Assembly (NCBI GenBank): GCA_963840325.1
Contig: CAWIYM010000006.1
Span: 13,698 to 77,697, forward strand
Source: Candidatus Bathyarchaeota archaeon
GTDB lineage: Archaea; Thermoproteota; Bathyarchaeia; Bathyarchaeales; Bathycorpusculaceae
Length of the DNA stretch: 64,000 nt
Reading direction: 5' to 3'
Shown: in pieces, positions 59,648-64,000 of the stretch
Layout of the letters: each line of letters starts with the position of its first letter
How positions within the stretch are numbered: position 1 is the first letter of the stretch
The notes under the pieces: generated by a model
Databases searched by the model: none
Seen by the model: only the letters and a program-made list of their open reading frames with translations
Told to the model about the DNA's origin: nothing
Program-made: the position numbers and the translations under genes

Positions 59648-59872
59648 TTATTTTCTTGCAAGTTCAAGAAATTCTTCCTTTGTTAATCCTGCCTGTTGGA
59701 TGATGGAAAGAAGCGTGCCTTTCTTGATTGGATCATGCCTTGGAACAGTGAGTTTGTGTTTTCCATCGGTTAAAAATATGTGGCTGCCTTTCTGACTTAC
59801 GACTTTGAATCCTGCTTGGGTGAGAGCCTTAATGACTTTTTTCCAAGAAGTCGAAGGCAGTTTTTCAGACAG
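59648..59872 (-). CDS. hicA: HicA family mRNA interferase toxin, not in ORF track (CTG start)
   Basis: SEKLPSTSWKKVIKALTQAGFKVVSQKGSHIFLTDGKHKLTVPRHDPIKKGTLLSIIQQAG; GSH and VPxH motifs. Confidence 0.9.
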   Translation of the reverse strand: MSEKLPSTSWKKVIKALTQAGFKVVSQKGSHIFLTDGKHKLTVPRHDPIKKGTLLSIIQQAGLTKEEFLELARK

Positions 59873-60089
59873 TTATTTCCACCAGCTCTTTCTTTCGTTT
59901 AAGCTGGTCAACTTCCTCCGGGAAGGCTTCCAAGTAACCTTCTATGGCTTCTTTAATGTTGGCGAGGGTTTCCTTACGGTTTTCTCCTTGGCTGATTGCT
60001 CCAGGAAGCTCTACACATTGGGCAGAGTATCCACCTTCTGGTTCTTCCCTAAGAATTACTGTAAACTTTCTTCCCTTGATTTCTACCAT
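59865..60089 (-). CDS. hicB: HicB family antitoxin
   Basis: EEPEGGYSAQCVELPGAISQGE..KETLANIKEAIEGYLE. Confidence 0.92.
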   Translation of the reverse strand: MVEIKGRKFTVILREEPEGGYSAQCVELPGAISQGENRKETLANIKEAIEGYLEAFPEEVDQLKRKKELVEITV

Positions 60090-60190
60090 AAATTCCCCTC
60101 ATGCCATTAAAGAGATTGCATAAACGATATAAACTTTGATTCCAAAAAAATCAATTCTTGAAAAATTTTGAAATCGAAAAAATGTTGGAT

Positions 60191-60241
60191 GTTGCCTTGA
60201 TAATGTAATGGTCGCGGGTCCAAATCCCGCCGAAGGCTCCA
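60191..60241 (+). repeat. att site: copy of tRNA-Thr 3' portion (37 bp exact, 51 bp with 3 mismatches)
   Basis: 60205-60241 = 59606-59642; extends through a degenerate anticodon arm. Confidence 0.93.
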
Positions 60242-60376
60242 ATCTAACATCTTGACTTATTTCTGCTTTATTATGCCCAATGGAAGTATTATCAAAACCT
60301 TGACTTATGATCATGAATTAATAATTTGGCTTAAGTTTTTAAGTGGAAAAATGCAATAGTTAAGACGGTAATAAGA

Positions 60377-60502
60377 ATGAGAAAAGCAGATAAAAATGCG
60401 ATAACCATTTCTAAAACCACCCTAAAAGTACCCCCTACAAACGTAAAGATTCTACCTTTTGATGATGGAAGTAAGAAAAAAATAACAAGTAAGGAAGAAT
60501 AA
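60377..60502 (+). CDS. Putative 41-aa protein
   Basis: MRKADKNAITISKTTLKVPPTNVKILPFDDGSKKKITSKEE; TATA-like TTTTTAAG ~35 nt upstream. Confidence 0.4.
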   Translation: MRKADKNAITISKTTLKVPPTNVKILPFDDGSKKKITSKEE

Positions 60503-60627
60503 TTCATTAACTTCTCAGGTACCTAATTTTCAGTTTTAGCTTAAACTTTTAAGTTCTAAAATTGCAGATAAACTACTCTCTCATTATGCAAAAACTTAAA
60601 ACGTTATAACAGATAGCATATTGAGCA

Positions 60628-60819
60628 ATGGAATTAAACAAAATGATAAAGCAGATAGTCACTATAGGGTATATTGTTCTTGCTATTCTTTTAGCTGCAA
60701 TCGCATTTAGAAGCTTCATGAATGATCTTCTTGTTGCATCAGCAATAGGTGTTATTGTTTTCATAGTCGTTATTGTTTCTGGTTATTACTTAACTGAAAA
60801 ATTATTAGATATAAATTAA
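60628..60819 (+). CDS. Small two-TM membrane protein
   Basis: 63 aa with two hydrophobic helices; TATA-like TTTTAAG upstream. Confidence 0.6.
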   Translation: MELNKMIKQIVTIGYIVLAILLAAIAFRSFMNDLLVASAIGVIVFIVVIVSGYYLTEKLLDIN

Positions 60820-60905
60820 GACATCCCTTAAAGTTCCTAATATTTTTCAATTTTTCCATTTTTGTGGTACCAGTATTGTAGCTCCTTTAGCTTTTGCTAA
60901 AATAT

Positions 60906-60922
60906 CGCCGAAGGCTTCAATC
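60906..60922 (+). repeat. Third, shorter tRNA-Thr att remnant
   Basis: CGCCGAAGGCTTCAATC vs CGCCGAAGGCTCCAATC (60228-60244), 16/17. Confidence 0.6.
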
Positions 60923-61169
60923 ACCCTTTTTGTTCGGTACACTTGCGCTGGGTTCTTTATTTTCTCGTTATCTTTTTTCAGGTGTTTATTTCCTCCAGAG
61001 AATTATAATATTTTGATGTTACTTTTTCTCTTGGAGATTAGTTGTAAAACATTACAACGCTTACGCTTAATGTATATTAATACACAATATACTTAAACCT
61101 GCTTTTACTAAGCCTAAATTAACCCAGCAAGGGAAAACGAAAATTAATCAAGCGTAAAGGCGAGAAATA

Positions 61170-63368
61170 TTGCAAAAAAGAATTGTACAAGCAACACTAA
61201 TCCTAATTCTTCTGGCAACCACATTCATAATATTTAATCAAAACACTTCGCTTGCAGCCACAACTGACCCTGCAAAACTCAAAATATTCATAGGCCCAAC
61301 AAGCGTCCTTGCCGATAACAACACCTACAACTGTATTTTTGTACAATTACAAGATTCCAGTAATAAACCTGCGAGGGCATTGCAGGATACAACCATAAGC
61401 CTATCGTCCTCTCTCACGAACATAGGGACAGTAGATCCGTCAATAACTATAGTTAAGGACGAAACGTATGCCTCGGCAAATTTCTCATCTACATTTTCTC
61501 CAGGAACAACCGCTATTACCGCTTCTGCAACAGGTTACGCAACTGTACAATCCTCAATAATCACCATAGGACCAATTCCGTACGCGGTAGCGGTTTATGG
61601 CTTTCCATCTACACTGCCATCCGACGGAGGCTCGTATAATGCCATAATGGTTCAATTGCAAGACTCAAGCGGAACTCCTGCTAAAGCGCCAAAAGGAGGC
61701 GTATTGGTAAGCCTTTCTTGCTCAAACACAACAATCGGCACCGTTAGCCCGAACGTTACAATTCCTGAAGGCAAAACATATGCTGTAGCCGACTTCAACA
61801 CTACCACCGTTTCGCAACAAGAAGGAAAGCTAAAGTCAGTGATAGTGACGACTGTTGCCCAAGGGTATATTTCTAAACAAGTAACAATGACAATATCTCC
61901 AATAGATACAAATCCAAATCAGCTTAAAATTTTTTCAGGTCCAACTCAAATTCCAGCTGATCAAAGCTCGTATCAGCAGATTGCCATCGAACTGCAGAAT
62001 TCAGCGACAGGATTTGTCGGAGTCGTCACTTCAGATGTAGTGGTCTCGCTAGGATCAAATGATCCAAACATAGGTAAAATAGATTCACAACTAATCATTC
62101 CCCAAAATCAATCTTATGCATTAGCAACGTTAAATTCAACTTACAAAGCGGGAACTACAACCATAACAGCAGTAGCAACAGATTTACTGAGAAGCCAACA
62201 AGCAATTACAACGACCGGTTTTACTCCAACCAAACTAACAGTTTACTGCGCTCCGTCAACTATCCCATCTGACAAAGGTGAATATCAGTCAATTCAAGTA
62301 CAACTACAAGATTCGCAAGGAAGACCCGCAAAAGACCCACAAGCAGACGTAAATCTAAGCTTATTTTCCTCTCAACCAACCGTGGGTACTGTCAATTCAG
62401 CACTGACAATTCCTTTTGGTCAAACACAAGCTACCGGAACCATAACTGTATCAAATACGGCTGGGGCAACAACAATTACAGCTCAGGCTTCAAGCTACAC
62501 AACTGGACAAGGTACAGTAACAACCTACACCATCGATTTCTTACCTATCCAAATCTCAGCGACAGCCAACTCAACAAACATCAACAACGGACAAAAAACA
62601 GATGTAGTAGTTTACATAACGGCTGATCAAACACCGGTAGCAGGCGCCACAATTCAATTTACATCAGATAACCACGGAACATTTACAGCTACATCAGACC
62701 AAGGAAACGGATATTACAAAACAACTTTTACAGCCCCAAGCTTCACACAAGCCACGACTTGTACAATTACAGCAACCGCCGTAAAAATTGGGTACGTAAC
62801 TTCCCAAGCCACCTCACAAGTAACCGTCCAGCCGCCACCAGCAACTCCAACTTCAACACCTAGACCCACGGCAACAGCTACTCCAAGACCCACACCCACC
62901 GCAACCCCAGGAGCGAACAACCCCTCCAATAGCGACAGCACAGGGACCATCCAAATTCGAATCGAAGACTATGATGGTAATCCATTAAGCAATGCAACTA
63001 TCCTTTCAACAACCCAGCCTGCAGGTGCTCAAACTCTCACCGGTTTTACGAATTCAACGGGTTATATTACATTCACAAATGTGACCTCTGGAAAATACTC
63101 TTTCAATATATCAAGAGATGGTTATGAGCAAATGAGCACGCCAATCAACTTTAAAGGGCAATCAATAAAAACGGCATTGGCTCTTTCAACCGAAAGTGTA
63201 GCTTCCACCAATAACGACCCGTCAACACTGATAATAGTCGCAGTTATAGTCATAGTGGTTGTTTTAGTTATCGTTGTACTACTGGTAAAGCGTCGACGCT
63301 CCAATTCGAATAAACTCAAACCCTTCAGCTCAGCTAATTTCAAATTATCAAATTCAAGCAATTTTTAG
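61170..63368 (+). CDS. Membrane-anchored surface glycoprotein with tandem Ig-like repeats
   Basis: Signal peptide; four ~105-aa repeats (Y..I.VQLQDS...PA); Pro/Thr linker; C-terminal TM + KRRR. Confidence 0.85.
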   Translation: MQKRIVQATLILILLATTFIIFNQNTSLAATTDPAKLKIFIGPTSVLADNNTYNCIFVQLQDSSNKPARALQDTTISLSSSLTNIGTVDPSITIVKDETYASANFSSTFSPGTTAITASATGYATVQSSIITIGPIPYAVAVYGFPSTLPSDGGSYNAIMVQLQDSSGTPAKAPKGGVLVSLSCSNTTIGTVSPNVTIPEGKTYAVADFNTTTVSQQEGKLKSVIVTTVAQGYISKQVTMTISPIDTNPNQLKIFSGPTQIPADQSSYQQIAIELQNSATGFVGVVTSDVVVSLGSNDPNIGKIDSQLIIPQNQSYALATLNSTYKAGTTTITAVATDLLRSQQAITTTGFTPTKLTVYCAPSTIPSDKGEYQSIQVQLQDSQGRPAKDPQADVNLSLFSSQPTVGTVNSALTIPFGQTQATGTITVSNTAGATTITAQASSYTTGQGTVTTYTIDFLPIQISATANSTNINNGQKTDVVVYITADQTPVAGATIQFTSDNHGTFTATSDQGNGYYKTTFTAPSFTQATTCTITATAVKIGYVTSQATSQVTVQPPPATPTSTPRPTATATPRPTPTATPGANNPSNSDSTGTIQIRIEDYDGNPLSNATILSTTQPAGAQTLTGFTNSTGYITFTNVTSGKYSFNISRDGYEQMSTPINFKGQSIKTALALSTESVASTNNDPSTLIIVAVIVIVVVLVIVVLLVKRRRSNSNKLKPFSSANFKLSNSSNF

Positions 63369-63573
63369 AAACGGTTTGGACTTACTTTGATTAATAATTG
63401 ACTTATACAAAAAGTCCCAAAGGATTGCCACATCTTCAGTTTTTAAACCAAATATTTTCAAAATATCAATGACTTCTGAAAAACCAATAATATTTATCCC
63501 ATAAAGTCTGGAGGATATTTTTGGAAAAAGCTTCTTATTTGATGACAACAAATATCTCCCCAGAGGGGGAACA

Positions 63574-64000
63574 CTGGTTAAAATCTCCTTTGATAAGCGC
63601 GAGACAATTATTTTAGCCGTGGTGCTTGCTGTTTCCTTGGCAGTTAGGATTCTCCTGTTTCCCATTCAAGGCTACGAAAACGACACTAACGACTTACTTG
63701 TCGTGGTTTAACACAGCCGCCCAAAACGGTGTGCGACCCTTCTACAGTGTGGTAAGCTGGTGTGATTATCCACCCTTTAACATCTACCTTTTCTGGTCAT
63801 CGGGTCAATCATCAACGCTCTATCACTCGCGGCCAAGTGGCCGTAAACGTCTTAAAAATGGTGCCTACCGTCTTTGACTTAGCCACCACCGCCCTCATCT
63901 ACCTCTTCCTACGAAAACAATTAAGCTTCAAACAAACCCTCCATGGCACGGCACTCTACGCTTTCAACCCTGCAGTGATCTTTAACGTCGCAGTCTGGGG
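63574..64000 (+). CDS. GT-C-type membrane glycosyltransferase, frameshifted and 3'-truncated by window edge
   Basis: TM helix then GYEND; shifted frame SWF..GVRPFY..WCDYPPFNIYLFW; later FNPAVIFNVAVW; probable CTG start after GAGGGGG. Confidence 0.7.

Noticed and set aside
60099-60314. 71-aa ORF spanning the tRNA-Thr att copy
   Set aside because: LEPSAGFGPAT derives from antisense tRNA sequence; no integrase similarity
1-64000. CRISPR array or cas operon associated with the Cas4-like protein
   Set aside because: No regularly spaced repeats with unique spacers and no other cas genes seen

Overview
Archaeal chromosomal DNA (Alba, aRF1, aIF2-alpha, Ftr, LysW system, group 3b hydrogenase, many TTG starts); gene content and style suggest a Bathyarchaeia-like anaerobe, which is an inference. 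Core metabolism dominates 1-50 kb: a LysW-dependent cluster (lysW, atypical lysX/argX, argC, lysZ, lysJ, lysK) with a divergent Lrp regulator, lysC-hom-thrC, argG-argH-carA-carB, the methanogen-type homocysteine/sulfide-assimilation trio (DUF39-CBS, NIL-ferredoxin, UPF0280), a sulfhydrogenase operon with fused beta-gamma subunit followed by a Pat-type acetyltransferase, and a solitary 1439-aa Cas4-like nuclease/SF1 helicase. From 51 kb on the window is accessory: a ~7.3-kb island bounded by tRNA-Leu(TAG) and a 27-bp copy of its 3' end, carrying a decayed integrase and non-oxidative pentose phosphate genes (with an Rpe-transketolase fusion), then tRNA-Thr(GGT) with two more att copies enclosing tiny cassettes (hicBA; two micro-ORFs). 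Signals absent from the ORF track: a near-identical 27-bp operator+TATA element before both the lysW and argG operons, a 27-aa acidic Cys-rich micro-ORF, probable CTG/ATA/ACG starts, and twin ~135-bp GAA/TTC-bounded elements. Single-base frameshifts in lysC, ftr and pyrF look like assembly errors. No CRISPR array or rRNA seen. All calls are from motif recognition by eye; no database searches were run.
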